Shown: positions 1 through 8,449 of the stretch, piece after piece
Layout: each line of letters opens with the position of its first letter
Position numbering within the stretch: position 1 is the first letter of the stretch
Assembly: GCA_002383405.1 (NCBI GenBank)
Contig: DFYS01000099.1
Span: 20,525-55,543, forward strand
Direction of reading: 5' to 3'
Length of the DNA: 35,019 bases
Source of the DNA: Moorella sp. UBA4076
Lineage (GTDB): Bacteria; Bacillota; DSM-521; Neomoorellales; Neomoorellaceae
Translations under genes and position numbers: made by a program
Notes under the pieces: model-generated
The model's database searches: none
What the model was told of the DNA's origin: nothing
Seen by the model: the letters and a program-made list of their open reading frames with translations, nothing else

Positions 1-103
1 CGCAACCAGCGCCCGGAGGGAACCTGCCCTACCCCTGATACAGTAACATACTGATCGCCAGAACGTTATTTTCAGGGTAGTACAGGTCTGGGAGTGACTG
101 CAT

Positions 104-2596
104 ATGGAAGCAAGGTATAACTTCAAAGAGATCGAACCCAAATGGCAGCGCCGCTGGGAAGCCGGCGAACTGTACCGGGTAACGGAGACTGATAGTAAGC
201 CGAAATATTATTGCCTGGAGATGTTCCCTTACCCCTCCGGCAATTTACACATGGGCCATGTCCGCAATTATTCCATCGGCGATGTAGTGGCCCGTTTTAA
301 ACGCATGCAGGGTTATAACGTCCTCCATCCCATGGGCTGGGACGCCTTCGGCCTGCCGGCCGAAAACGCGGCCATCCACCGCGGTATCCCGCCGGCGGAG
401 TGGACCTGGAGCAACATCAATAACATGCGCCGCCAGCTGCACGCCATGGGCATCAGCTACGACTGGGAGCGGGAGGTGGCCACCTGTCACCTCAACTACT
501 ACCGCTGGACGCAGTGGCTTTTCCTGCAGATGTACCATCACGGCCTGGCCTACCGTAAAAAAGCCGCCGTCAACTGGTGCCCCTCCTGCGCTACGGTGCT
601 GGCCAACGAGCAGGTGGTGGACGGCGCCTGCGAACGCTGCCACACGGATGTGGTGCCAAAGGATCTGGAGCAATGGTTTTTCCGCATCACCGACTACGCC
701 GACCGGCTGCTGGCCGATCTGCAGCTGTTGCCCGGCTGGCCGGAAAAAGTAAAGATCATGCAGGATAACTGGATTGGTAAAAGCAGCGGCGCGGAGGTAG
801 TTTTCCGCCTGGAGGGCAGCGGTGCGGAAATACCGGTGTTTACCACCCGGCCGGACACCCTCTACGGGGTTACCTACATGGTCCTGGCCCCCGAGCACCC
901 CCTGGTGGCGCAACTGGCGGCCGGCACGCCCTGTGAAGAAGCGGTGGCCGATTTCGTCCGGGCGGCGCGCCATTTGAGCGCCCTGGACCGGACGGCGACG
1001 GAGAAGGAAAAGGAAGGCGTCTTTACCGGCGCCTATGCCATTAATCCGGTTAATAGCGAGCGCGTGCCCGTCTGGATTGCCAATTATGTTCTGATGGAAT
1101 ACGGTACCGGCGCTGTCATGGGCGTGCCGGCCCATGACCAGCGCGACCTCGAGTTCGCCCGCAAGTACAACCTGCCGGTACGGGTAGTGATTCAGCCTCC
1201 CGGGGAGGAGCTGGACGGGAACACCATGAGCGCCGCCTATGTCAATGACGGGGTGATGGTCAATTCCGGCCCCTTCAACGGCGTGCCCAACCGCGAAGGC
1301 ATCGCCAGGGTTACTGCCCATCTGGAGGTCTCCGGTACGGGTAAAGCCCGCGTTACCTACCGCCTGCGGGACTGGCTCATTTCCCGCCAGCGTTACTGGG
1401 GCGCCCCCATCCCCATGATCTACTGCGACCGGTGCGGCATTGTACCCGTACCCGAAGAGGACCTGCCGGTGATTCTCCCCGAAGGGGTGGAGTTTAAACC
1501 CACGGGAGAATCGCCGTTGACCTATTGTCCCGATTTTGTCCACACCACCTGTCCCTGCTGCGGCAACCCGGCGCGGCGGGAGACAGACACCATGGACACC
1601 TTCGTCTGCTCTTCCTGGTATTTCCTCCGCTATACCAGCCCCCACAGCCAGGAGCAGGCCTTCGAGCGGGATAAAGTCGACTACTGGATGAACGTCGACC
1701 AGTATATCGGCGGCGTGGAGCATGCCATCCTCCACCTGATGTACGCCCGTTTCTTCACCAAGGCGCTGTACGACTTCGGCCTGGTGGGGATAGAAGAACC
1801 CTTTCAGAACCTCCTCACCCAGGGGATGGTTTTAAAGGAAGGCAGCAAGATGTCCAAGTCGAAGGGGAATGTGGTCAGTCCCGAGGAGATCATCGAACGC
1901 TACGGCGCCGACACCGCCCGCCTCTTCATCCTCTTTGCGGCGCCGCCGGAAAGGGACCTGGAATGGAGCGACCAGGGGGTGGAGGGCTGTTACCGCTTCT
2001 TGAACCGGGTCTGGCGCCTGGTGGCTGCTTATGCTGATGCAGTCCGCCGGGACAGCGCTCCCCTGGCTGTTACAACCCATACCGAGCGGGAGCTGTGGCG
2101 GCTGCTGCATATCACCATTAAAAGGGTTACTGAGGATATCGAGCAGCGTTTTAACTTCAACACGGCGATCAGCGCCATTATGGAACTGGTCAACGGTTGC
2201 TACCGTTACCAGGATACCGTGCCGGCAGGCGAACAAAATCTGCCCCTCATGGGTACGGTTTTAAAGAAAATGGTAACCCTGCTGGCCCCCTTCGCCCCCC
2301 ATATCGCTGAAGAGCTCTGGCAGGGCCTGGGCGGCCGCGAGAGCGTCCACCTGGAAACCTGGCCCGGCTACGACCCGCAGGCTCTGGCGACGCCGGAGGT
2401 GACCCTGGTGGTCCAGATCAACGGCAAAGTGCGCGACCGCATGCAGCTGCCCGCCGGGTTGCCGCCGGCAGAAGTAGAAAGGCTGGTATTGCAGCGGGAT
2501 AAGGTGGTCGATATGCTGGCCGGCCAGCAGGTAGTCAAAGTAATCGTGGTACCGGATAAGCTGGTCAACGTCGTCGCCCGCAAAAAATGCATCTAA
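104..2596 (+). CDS. leuS: Leucyl-tRNA synthetase
   Basis: 830 aa. Class I HIGH-type motif [18 protein letters not shown] motif, editing-domain FTTRPDT and [15 protein letters not shown], and [21 protein letters not shown] at 91-94. Confidence 0.99.
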   Translation: MEARYNFKEIEPKWQRRWEAGELYRVTETDSKPKYYCLEMFPYPSGNLHMGHVRNYSIGDVVARFKRMQGYNVLHPMGWDAFGLPAENAAIHRGIPPAEWTWSNINNMRRQLHAMGISYDWEREVATCHLNYYRWTQWLFLQMYHHGLAYRKKAAVNWCPSCATVLANEQVVDGACERCHTDVVPKDLEQWFFRITDYADRLLADLQLLPGWPEKVKIMQDNWIGKSSGAEVVFRLEGSGAEIPVFTTRPDTLYGVTYMVLAPEHPLVAQLAAGTPCEEAVADFVRAARHLSALDRTATEKEKEGVFTGAYAINPVNSERVPVWIANYVLMEYGTGAVMGVPAHDQRDLEFARKYNLPVRVVIQPPGEELDGNTMSAAYVNDGVMVNSGPFNGVPNREGIARVTAHLEVSGTGKARVTYRLRDWLISRQRYWGAPIPMIYCDRCGIVPVPEEDLPVILPEGVEFKPTGESPLTYCPDFVHTTCPCCGNPARRETDTMDTFVCSSWYFLRYTSPHSQEQAFERDKVDYWMNVDQYIGGVEHAILHLMYARFFTKALYDFGLVGIEEPFQNLLTQGMVLKEGSKMSKSKGNVVSPEEIIERYGADTARLFILFAAPPERDLEWSDQGVEGCYRFLNRVWRLVAAYADAVRRDSAPLAVTTHTERELWRLLHITIKRVTEDIEQRFNFNTAISAIMELVNGCYRYQDTVPAGEQNLPLMGTVLKKMVTLLAPFAPHIAEELWQGLGGRESVHLETWPGYDPQALATPEVTLVVQINGKVRDRMQLPAGLPPAEVERLVLQRDKVVDMLAGQQVVKVIVVPDKLVNVVARKKCI

Positions 2597-2600
2597 ATAA

Positions 2601-2627
2601 GCAGGATTTTAAAAGAAGATGTAGAAT
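2601..2627 (+). promoter_or_regulatory. Putative sigma-H (SigH/Spo0H) promoter upstream of the mrp operon
   Basis: GCAGGATTT-N11-GTAGAAT matches the Firmicute sigma-H consensus RNAGGAWWW-N11/12-RNNGAAT, starting 4 nt after the leuS stop. Confidence 0.6.
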
Positions 2628-2693
2628 GATCCATAGGGTATACAGGAAATAGTTGCCGGGCAGAATAATGCCGAAAATCGACCAGGGTGATTA

Positions 2694-3290
2694 ATGATGG
2701 CGAGCAATAACGTAAAAAAAATTGTTGGAGGGACGCGAAGCGGGGAACGTCGTACCTTACTACTCCTCACTCTTGCCCTCTATCTTTTTTGGATAATCCT
2801 GTCGGGAAAGATGGAAGCCAAATATTTAATTATTGGTTTTGCCAGCGCCCTGATTATAGCCCTGATCACGCAACCGCTATTGCAGGTACCCGCCAGGGCG
2901 GATCAGGGCGAAGGTCGTTCGCTCTATAATTTACCCTGGCTCAGGCTGGCAGCATATTTCCCCTGGCTGCTGTGGCAGATAATCCTGGCCAACCTGCAGG
3001 TCACGGGCATAATCTTAAACCCCAGGTTACCTATCCAGCCCCAACTGGTAAGATTTCGCAAGAAACTACCGGGGCCTGTCGCCTACCTGACGCTGGCCAA
3101 CTCCATTACCCTGACCCCCGGCACCATTACCGTCGAGTTGGAGGACGAGCAATACCTGGTCCATGCCCTGGGGGATGCGGCAGCCAGGTCGCTGGTCCCG
3201 GATGAGGGTGAGGGAGAAATGCCCGCCAGGGTAGCTATGGTTTTTGCCGAGGGTGAGTCGAAGCGCACCCACTTGCAGCAGGAAGAATAA
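2694..3290 (+). CDS. mnhE: Mrp Na+/H+ antiporter subunit E
   Basis: Hydrophobic N-terminus, ANLQV...LNPRLPI and LANSITLTPGTITV...LVHAL, which are MnhE signatures. Confidence 0.93.
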   Translation: MMASNNVKKIVGGTRSGERRTLLLLTLALYLFWIILSGKMEAKYLIIGFASALIIALITQPLLQVPARADQGEGRSLYNLPWLRLAAYFPWLLWQIILANLQVTGIILNPRLPIQPQLVRFRKKLPGPVAYLTLANSITLTPGTITVELEDEQYLVHALGDAAARSLVPDEGEGEMPARVAMVFAEGESKRTHLQQEE

Positions 3291-3303
3291 GGAGCTCGGG
3301 TTT

Positions 3304-3576
3304 ATGACTAACTTTTTTTTAATCTTCGCTGCGATTCTAGCCCTGAAGATCCTCATTGTTCTCTACCGCATCTGGAAGGGGCCGACGATTTTTGACCGTA
3401 TTATCGGCCTGGGCGTTATGGGGACAGATGTAATTATCCTGATTTTGCTAATAGGTGCGATTATAAAGCGCCTTGATATGCTGGTGGATATATCCATCGC
3501 CTATGCGGCCCTGGGGCTGATAGCTTACCTGATCCTGGGTAAATATTTTGAAAGGAAAGGCGACCTTGATGGCTGA
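3304..3576 (+). CDS. mnhF: Mrp antiporter subunit F
   Basis: RIWKGPTIFDRII motif and three TM segments. Start moved to ATG 3304 behind AAGGAG (3289-3294), giving 90 aa. Confidence 0.9.
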   Translation: MTNFFLIFAAILALKILIVLYRIWKGPTIFDRIIGLGVMGTDVIILILLIGAIIKRLDMLVDISIAYAALGLIAYLILGKYFERKGDLDG

Positions 3577-3871
3577 TATTATGGCGGTAGTATTAATCAC
3601 GGCGGGTCTTTTTTTTCTTACTGTTGGCGCCATTGGCCTGGTACGCTTGCCCGACTTTTACACCCGCCTCCACGCTGCGGGTTTAGGGGATACCCTGGGC
3701 CTTTCGCTGACCCTTCTGGGCCTGATGGTTTATGAGGGATTGACCCTGACCAGCCTGAAGATGCTGTTTATCGGCATGTTCATCTTGCTGGCCAGCCCCA
3801 CCGCTACCCACGTATTAATCCGTGCCGCCTACCGGGCCGGCCTGAAGCCCTGGACGCGGGGGGAGGGTTAG
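3569..3871 (+). CDS. mnhG: Mrp antiporter subunit G
   Basis: GLVRLPDFYTRLHAAGLGDTLG and SPTATH...RAAY MnhG motifs. Start moved to ATG 3569 behind GAAAGG, overlapping mnhF. Confidence 0.92.
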   Translation: MADIMAVVLITAGLFFLTVGAIGLVRLPDFYTRLHAAGLGDTLGLSLTLLGLMVYEGLTLTSLKMLFIGMFILLASPTATHVLIRAAYRAGLKPWTRGEG

Positions 3872-3874
3872 GTA

Positions 3875-4111
3875 ATGCAATTAATCCAGGTGTTTTTTCT
3901 CCTCTTGCTTATCGGTAGCGCTATTGCCGCTTTTGTTTCCCACGATTTACTGGTGGCGGTGATAATGTTTGGTTTCTTTAGCTTTTTCGCCGCCCTCCTT
4001 TATACCCTGATGATGGCCGTGGACGTCGCCTTTACCGAGGCGGTGATTGGCGGACTGACAACTATTTTTTATATCACGGTTATATACCGGACCAGGAGAG
4101 GGACTTCCTGA
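3875..4111 (+). CDS. Small Mrp subunit, DUF4040/MbhD-like (stand-alone MrpA C-terminal fragment)
   Basis: 78 aa, three hydrophobic segments, DLLVAVI and AVDVAFTEAVIGG (compare APDVALTEA in DUF4040). Confidence 0.82.
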   Translation: MQLIQVFFLLLLIGSAIAAFVSHDLLVAVIMFGFFSFFAALLYTLMMAVDVAFTEAVIGGLTTIFYITVIYRTRRGTS

Positions 4112-4392
4112 TGAAAAAAGTAACCTTCTTTTTTTTAATGTTAATGGCGGTCTTATTTATTTTTGTTTCGTTGGACCTGGCGCCCACCGATGATGTAAAT
4201 TCACCGGCGGCCACCCATGTATCCCCGCGCTATATCGAAGAGGCTCATGAAGAAACAGGAGCTGCCAACATGGTGACTGCGGTACTGGCCGATTACCGGG
4301 GTTATGATACCCTGGGGGAAACGACGGTTATTTTTACCGCCGGTATAGCATGCCTCTTAATACTTGACGTTCGCCAAAAGCAAAAATGGTAG
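4111..4392 (+). CDS. Small Mrp subunit, MbhE-like (stand-alone MrpA C-terminal/MnhB-related fragment)
   Basis: 93 aa. NMVTAVLADYRGYDTLGE matches the N-V-x-x-I-L-x-D-F/Y-R-G-x-D-T-L-G-E motif. TGATG overlap with the upstream ORF. Confidence 0.85.
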   Translation: MKKVTFFFLMLMAVLFIFVSLDLAPTDDVNSPAATHVSPRYIEEAHEETGAANMVTAVLADYRGYDTLGETTVIFTAGIACLLILDVRQKQKW

Positions 4393-4408
4393 GCTGGAGT
4401 GAAAACCT

Positions 4409-4837
4409 GTGCAAAAGCGTTTTGGCAGCAGCATCTTAGATACAGCCATCCGCCTGCTCGTTCCCTTCTATCTCCTTTACGCCGTTTATGTTTTAGTTCA
4501 TGGCCATTATAGCCCCGGCGGGGGCTTCCAGGCCGGCGTCGTGCTGGCTGCCAGTATAATTCTTGTGAATATGGTCCAGGGAGAGGAGATTACCTGGGGG
4601 ATTAAAAAGCAGACGGCGGTTATCCTGGCCTCCTTAGGGACCTTTATTTATGCCGGCATTGGTTTTATAGCCCTCTTTTTTGGCGGCGATTTTCTCAATT
4701 ACGGTGTCCTGCCTCTGGGTGATATAGAGCCCGAGGTGCGGGCTCTGGGGACCCTCGGCATTGAAACAGGAGTCACCCTGGGGGTAATGGGTACTTTTAT
4801 TGTCATTTTCAATTTGCTGACGGGGAGGGAAGAATAG
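4409..4837 (+). CDS. mnhB: Mrp antiporter subunit B
   Basis: HGHYSPGGGFQAG MnhB signature and IETGV motif. GTG start behind GGAG. Confidence 0.9.
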   Translation: MQKRFGSSILDTAIRLLVPFYLLYAVYVLVHGHYSPGGGFQAGVVLAASIILVNMVQGEEITWGIKKQTAVILASLGTFIYAGIGFIALFFGGDFLNYGVLPLGDIEPEVRALGTLGIETGVTLGVMGTFIVIFNLLTGREE

Positions 4838-4841
4838 CTCC

Positions 4842-5213
4842 ATGTTAGCCCTAACTGCCGGTTATATCAACTTCTGGCTGATTGCCATCCTGCTATTGGT
4901 GGGCTTTTACGGGATCATTGCCACCGAAAATCTCCTTAAAAAATTAATGGCATTAAACGTTATTTCCGTGGCCATTATCCTTTTTTATCTCAACCTGGGG
5001 CAAAAGGCAGGAGGGACGGTGCCGATTCTGCCTCCCGGCGTCGAAGCAGGGGTGACTGAGGCCTACGCCAACCCTTTGCCCCATACCCTGATGCTGACAG
5101 CCATTGTGGTGGGTGTAGCTACTACAGGTGTAGGGCTGGCTATGTTGCGTAAGATTTATAAGCGCTACGGCAGCCTGGAGGAACCCGTCGTATTAAAGGA
5201 GATGCGCAAGTGA
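4842..5213 (+). CDS. mnhC: Mrp antiporter subunit C
   Basis: NLLKKLMALN and NPLPHTLMLTAIVVG (NuoK/MrpC family). Confidence 0.92.
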   Translation: MLALTAGYINFWLIAILLLVGFYGIIATENLLKKLMALNVISVAIILFYLNLGQKAGGTVPILPPGVEAGVTEAYANPLPHTLMLTAIVVGVATTGVGLAMLRKIYKRYGSLEEPVVLKEMRK

Positions 5214-6703
5214 CTGCTCATTTACCGGCATTAATCCCTGTAGCACCCCTGGTTATTGCCCTCCTTACTCCCATCCTGGCGCGGTTGTCGGTAACCCTTG
5301 TAAGGATAACGGCCCTGACGGCTCTGTTAATCTCGCTTGCCAGCTCCGCAGGTGCCCTGCAACATGCCCTGGTGGAGGGCACCTGGCATTATCACTTCGG
5401 CGGCTGGGCGCCCCCCTGGGGGATAGAATATGTTATTGACCCCCTGGCGGGCATTATTGCGGTGCTGGTTTCTTTCTTTTGTTTGCTGGTCCTGGTCTAT
5501 GCCGCCCCCTACCTGGCGGGCAAGCCAGCCCAGGAAAAGGGCTATTTTTACACCCTCTATCTTTTGCTCGCCGCCGGTCTGCTGGGCATGGTTGTTACGG
5601 GCGACGTCTTTAACCTCTATGTATTCTTAGAGATATCTTCCCTGGCTGCTTACGCCTTGATAGCGTCCGGTGGCAGCAGAGCCACGGTAGCCGCTTACCG
5701 TTATTTGCTTATTGGCACCGCGGCCGCCTCCCTTTATCTCCTGGGCATAGGTTATCTTTATGCTCTTACCGGATCTCTAAACATGGCTGACCTGGCCGTG
5801 CTATTGCCGCCGCTGGCCGCTACCAACGCCGTAGCCCTGGCGGTGGCCCTGATTACTATCGGCCTGGGGATAAAAATGGCCCTCTTTCCCCTCCATGGCT
5901 GGTTGCCTGACGCCTACAGCAGCGCCCCGGCACCGGTAGCAGGCATTTTAGCAGCTGTTATGGCCAAGGTGAGTGCTTATGCAATTTATCGTATCCTCTA
6001 CTTTGTTTTCAAGACCGCGGCACCGGTACAGGTGGCCCTGGATATTGCCGGGTGGATGGCGGCGGCCGGTATCCTTTACGGATCGATAATGGCCATTGCC
6101 CAGCGGGACCTGTGGCGCATGCTGGCCTACTCCAGCGTCGCCCAGATGGCCTATATTATCCTGGGCCTTGCCCTGGGCAATATTATGGGCCTTTACGGTG
6201 CTCTCTTGCAGATCTTGAGTCATGCTTTTACCAAGGGGTGCCTTTTCCTGGTGGCCGGCAGTATCAGCCATCAGACAGGTATCCGCGATATCCCCCGGCT
6301 GGCCAGATTGAGCCGGCGGATGCCGTGGACGCTGGCGGCCTTTGTCGTGGCCGCCATGTCCATGGTCGGCCTGCCGCCTACAGTGGGTTTTTTCAGTAAA
6401 TGGTACCTGATGCTTGGTGCTGTGGAAGCCGGGGCGTGGGTCTTTGTGGCTGTCCTGGTAGCCAGCAGCCTGTTGACGGCCGTCTACTTTTTTCGGGTCC
6501 TGGAGTATGCTTACTTGAAGGAAGACCAGGGGCAGGTGGAGGGTCAAACCCGGGAGGTTAAAGCGGCTGGCGGTTGGGAGCTAGCCCCAGCCATGCTGGT
6601 ACCTGTTTTAATCCTGGGTCTTGGCATTCTTACCCTGGGCATTTTTAGTGATCAAATTATTTCCGGGTATATTCACTTTGCCTTGCCTTGGAGGATGCCC
6701 TGA
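5210..6703 (+). CDS. mnhD: Mrp antiporter subunit D (first antiporter-like subunit)
   Basis: 497 aa. GGWAPPWGIE, GDVFNLYVFLE (TM5 Glu), IKMALFPLHGWLPDAY (TM7 Lys), MLAYSS and GFFSKW. GTGA overlap with mnhC. Confidence 0.92.
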   Translation: MTAHLPALIPVAPLVIALLTPILARLSVTLVRITALTALLISLASSAGALQHALVEGTWHYHFGGWAPPWGIEYVIDPLAGIIAVLVSFFCLLVLVYAAPYLAGKPAQEKGYFYTLYLLLAAGLLGMVVTGDVFNLYVFLEISSLAAYALIASGGSRATVAAYRYLLIGTAAASLYLLGIGYLYALTGSLNMADLAVLLPPLAATNAVALAVALITIGLGIKMALFPLHGWLPDAYSSAPAPVAGILAAVMAKVSAYAIYRILYFVFKTAAPVQVALDIAGWMAAAGILYGSIMAIAQRDLWRMLAYSSVAQMAYIILGLALGNIMGLYGALLQILSHAFTKGCLFLVAGSISHQTGIRDIPRLARLSRRMPWTLAAFVVAAMSMVGLPPTVGFFSKWYLMLGAVEAGAWVFVAVLVASSLLTAVYFFRVLEYAYLKEDQGQVEGQTREVKAAGGWELAPAMLVPVLILGLGILTLGIFSDQIISGYIHFALPWRMP

Positions 6704-8214
6704 TGAATGCAGACTTTTTTCTGGTCAATCGCCCCTTATGGGCGGTCTTGATTTCCCTGCTTGCGGCGGGCCTGATCCTCTTTAACGACCGCCGGCCCAA
6801 CCTGCGGGAAGGGATAACTGTCCTGGCGGCGGTGGGCAAGTTTGCCATTATTTTTTCCATGTTACCCCAGGTACTGGCCGGGCAGGTTATCGAGACGGCA
6901 CCCTTAACCCTGGCTCCGGGAATAACCCTGCACCTGCAGGCCGATACCTTTGGGCTCCTGTTTGCCCTCCTGTCTTCTTTCCTGTGGATCCTGACTTCGA
7001 TTTATAACTTCGGGTATATGCGCGCCCTGAAATACGGCCATGAAACCGGCTATTACGCCAGTTTTGCCGTCTGCCTTTCCGCCACTATCGGCATCGCTTT
7101 TGCCGCTAACTTGCTGACGTTTTTCCTGTTTTATGAGATCCTGACGATAGCCACCTATCCTCTGGTCATCCATTCCCGGACGGAGGAGGCTATTTACGGG
7201 GGACGGAAATACCTGGCCTATACCCTGACTGCCGGCCAATTTCTCCTGGTGGCCGTTATCTGGAGCCAGGTTCTCGCCCCGGGGGCTGAGTTTCAACCGG
7301 GTGGTTTTTTAGCAGGCAAGGGGTCTGTTCTGGCCCTGCAGATTTTATTCTTCCTTTTTGTGCTGGGGTTGGGAGTCAAAGCGGCCATCATGCCCCTCCA
7401 TGACTGGCTGCCGACGGCGATGGTGGCTCCCACCCCTGTCAGCGCCTTGCTCCATGCCGTGGCCGTAGTTAAAGCCGGTGCCTTCGGTTTCCTGCGCCTG
7501 AGCGGCTATGTTTTTGGGCCGCAACTGGTCAGGGAGATCGGCGCCGGCCAGGTTCTGGCCGTGGTGGCGGGCATCACCATTATTGTTGCTTCTCTGCGCG
7601 CCCTGGGTGAGGACAACCTGAAACGCCGGCTGGCCTATTCGACCATCGGCCAGCTATCTTACGTGGTGCTGGGGGCCGCCCTGGCTACGCCTATGGCCCT
7701 CCTGGGCGGCATGTTTCATATCGTCGCCCACGCCTTTATGAAAATCACCCTCTTTTTTTGTGCCGGCGCTATCTATGTTACCACCCACAAGCAAAACATA
7801 AGCGAGATGAAGGGGATCGGCAGGCAGATGCCGGCGACGCTGGCGGCCTTTACCCTGGGTGCGATAGCTATCGTAGGAACGCCCTTCATGGTAGGGTTTA
7901 TCAGCAAATGGAACCTCGGCCTCGGTGCTTTGCAAGCCAACGAGGGAATATATATCGCGGTATTGATTGTGAGCGCTCTTTTAACTACCGGTTACTTCTT
8001 CCCGATAGTCTTTAATGCCTATTTTGGCTCTAATAAAGCCGGGACTCCAATCCGGGAAGCCAGCCCGGCCCTTCTTTATCCCTTGCTAATAACCGGGGTT
8101 ATAGCTCTGGTCCTGGGGGTTTTCCCCAATTTCGGCTGGGATTTTTATCAACTGGCTCTGGCGGCAGTTAAAAGTATTTTTACAGCCGGTATGGGAATGG
8201 CTGCAGGAGGTTAA
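6703..8214 (+). CDS. Second antiporter-like Mrp subunit (MrpA/NuoL-type core, D-sized)
   Basis: 503 aa from ATG 6703 (GGAGG at 6690-6694, TGATG overlap). FYE, VKAAIMPLHDWLPTAMVAPTPVSALLHAVAVVKAG, KRRLAYSTIGQL and HAFMK. Confidence 0.88.
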   Translation: MNADFFLVNRPLWAVLISLLAAGLILFNDRRPNLREGITVLAAVGKFAIIFSMLPQVLAGQVIETAPLTLAPGITLHLQADTFGLLFALLSSFLWILTSIYNFGYMRALKYGHETGYYASFAVCLSATIGIAFAANLLTFFLFYEILTIATYPLVIHSRTEEAIYGGRKYLAYTLTAGQFLLVAVIWSQVLAPGAEFQPGGFLAGKGSVLALQILFFLFVLGLGVKAAIMPLHDWLPTAMVAPTPVSALLHAVAVVKAGAFGFLRLSGYVFGPQLVREIGAGQVLAVVAGITIIVASLRALGEDNLKRRLAYSTIGQLSYVVLGAALATPMALLGGMFHIVAHAFMKITLFFCAGAIYVTTHKQNISEMKGIGRQMPATLAAFTLGAIAIVGTPFMVGFISKWNLGLGALQANEGIYIAVLIVSALLTTGYFFPIVFNAYFGSNKAGTPIREASPALLYPLLITGVIALVLGVFPNFGWDFYQLALAAVKSIFTAGMGMAAGG

Positions 8215-8220
8215 AAGGCA

Positions 8221-8442
8221 ATGCAACGGCTAACATGGTTCGGGATCGCGAGCCTGGTTTTTACAGTTTTACTGGATATAATCTTCCACGACCCCCATCA
8301 CGCTATAAATTGGTGGCACCGGCTGCCCGGTTTTGACGCCCTGTTCGGCTTTAGCGGCTGCATCGCCATTATCGTCGGCTCAAAGTGGCTGGGCAAACAT
8401 TTGCTGCAACGTCACGAGAAATACTATGAAAAAGGTGAGTAA
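8221..8442 (+). CDS. Small two-TM membrane protein within the mrp operon
   Basis: 73 aa, AGGAGG RBS upstream, two hydrophobic segments, PGFDALFGFSGC and R.E.YYE tail. Tightly packed between the D-type genes. Confidence 0.75.
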   Translation: MQRLTWFGIASLVFTVLLDIIFHDPHHAINWWHRLPGFDALFGFSGCIAIIVGSKWLGKHLLQRHEKYYEKGE

Positions 8443-8449
8443 ATAGCCT

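Noticed and set aside
22-87. Hairpin upstream of leuS as part of a T-box leader
   Set aside because: An imperfect stem (ACCTG..CTACCCCTGA / TCAGGGTAG..CAGGT) is visible, but no T-box GGTGGNACC sequence or U-tail is in view and the leader is cut by the window start.
245-1735. 496-aa minus-strand ORF, and the many other minus-strand or alternate-frame ORFs in the track
   Set aside because: They lie antisense to or within well-supported genes, show no recognisable motifs, and are the expected shadow of GC3-rich coding sequence.
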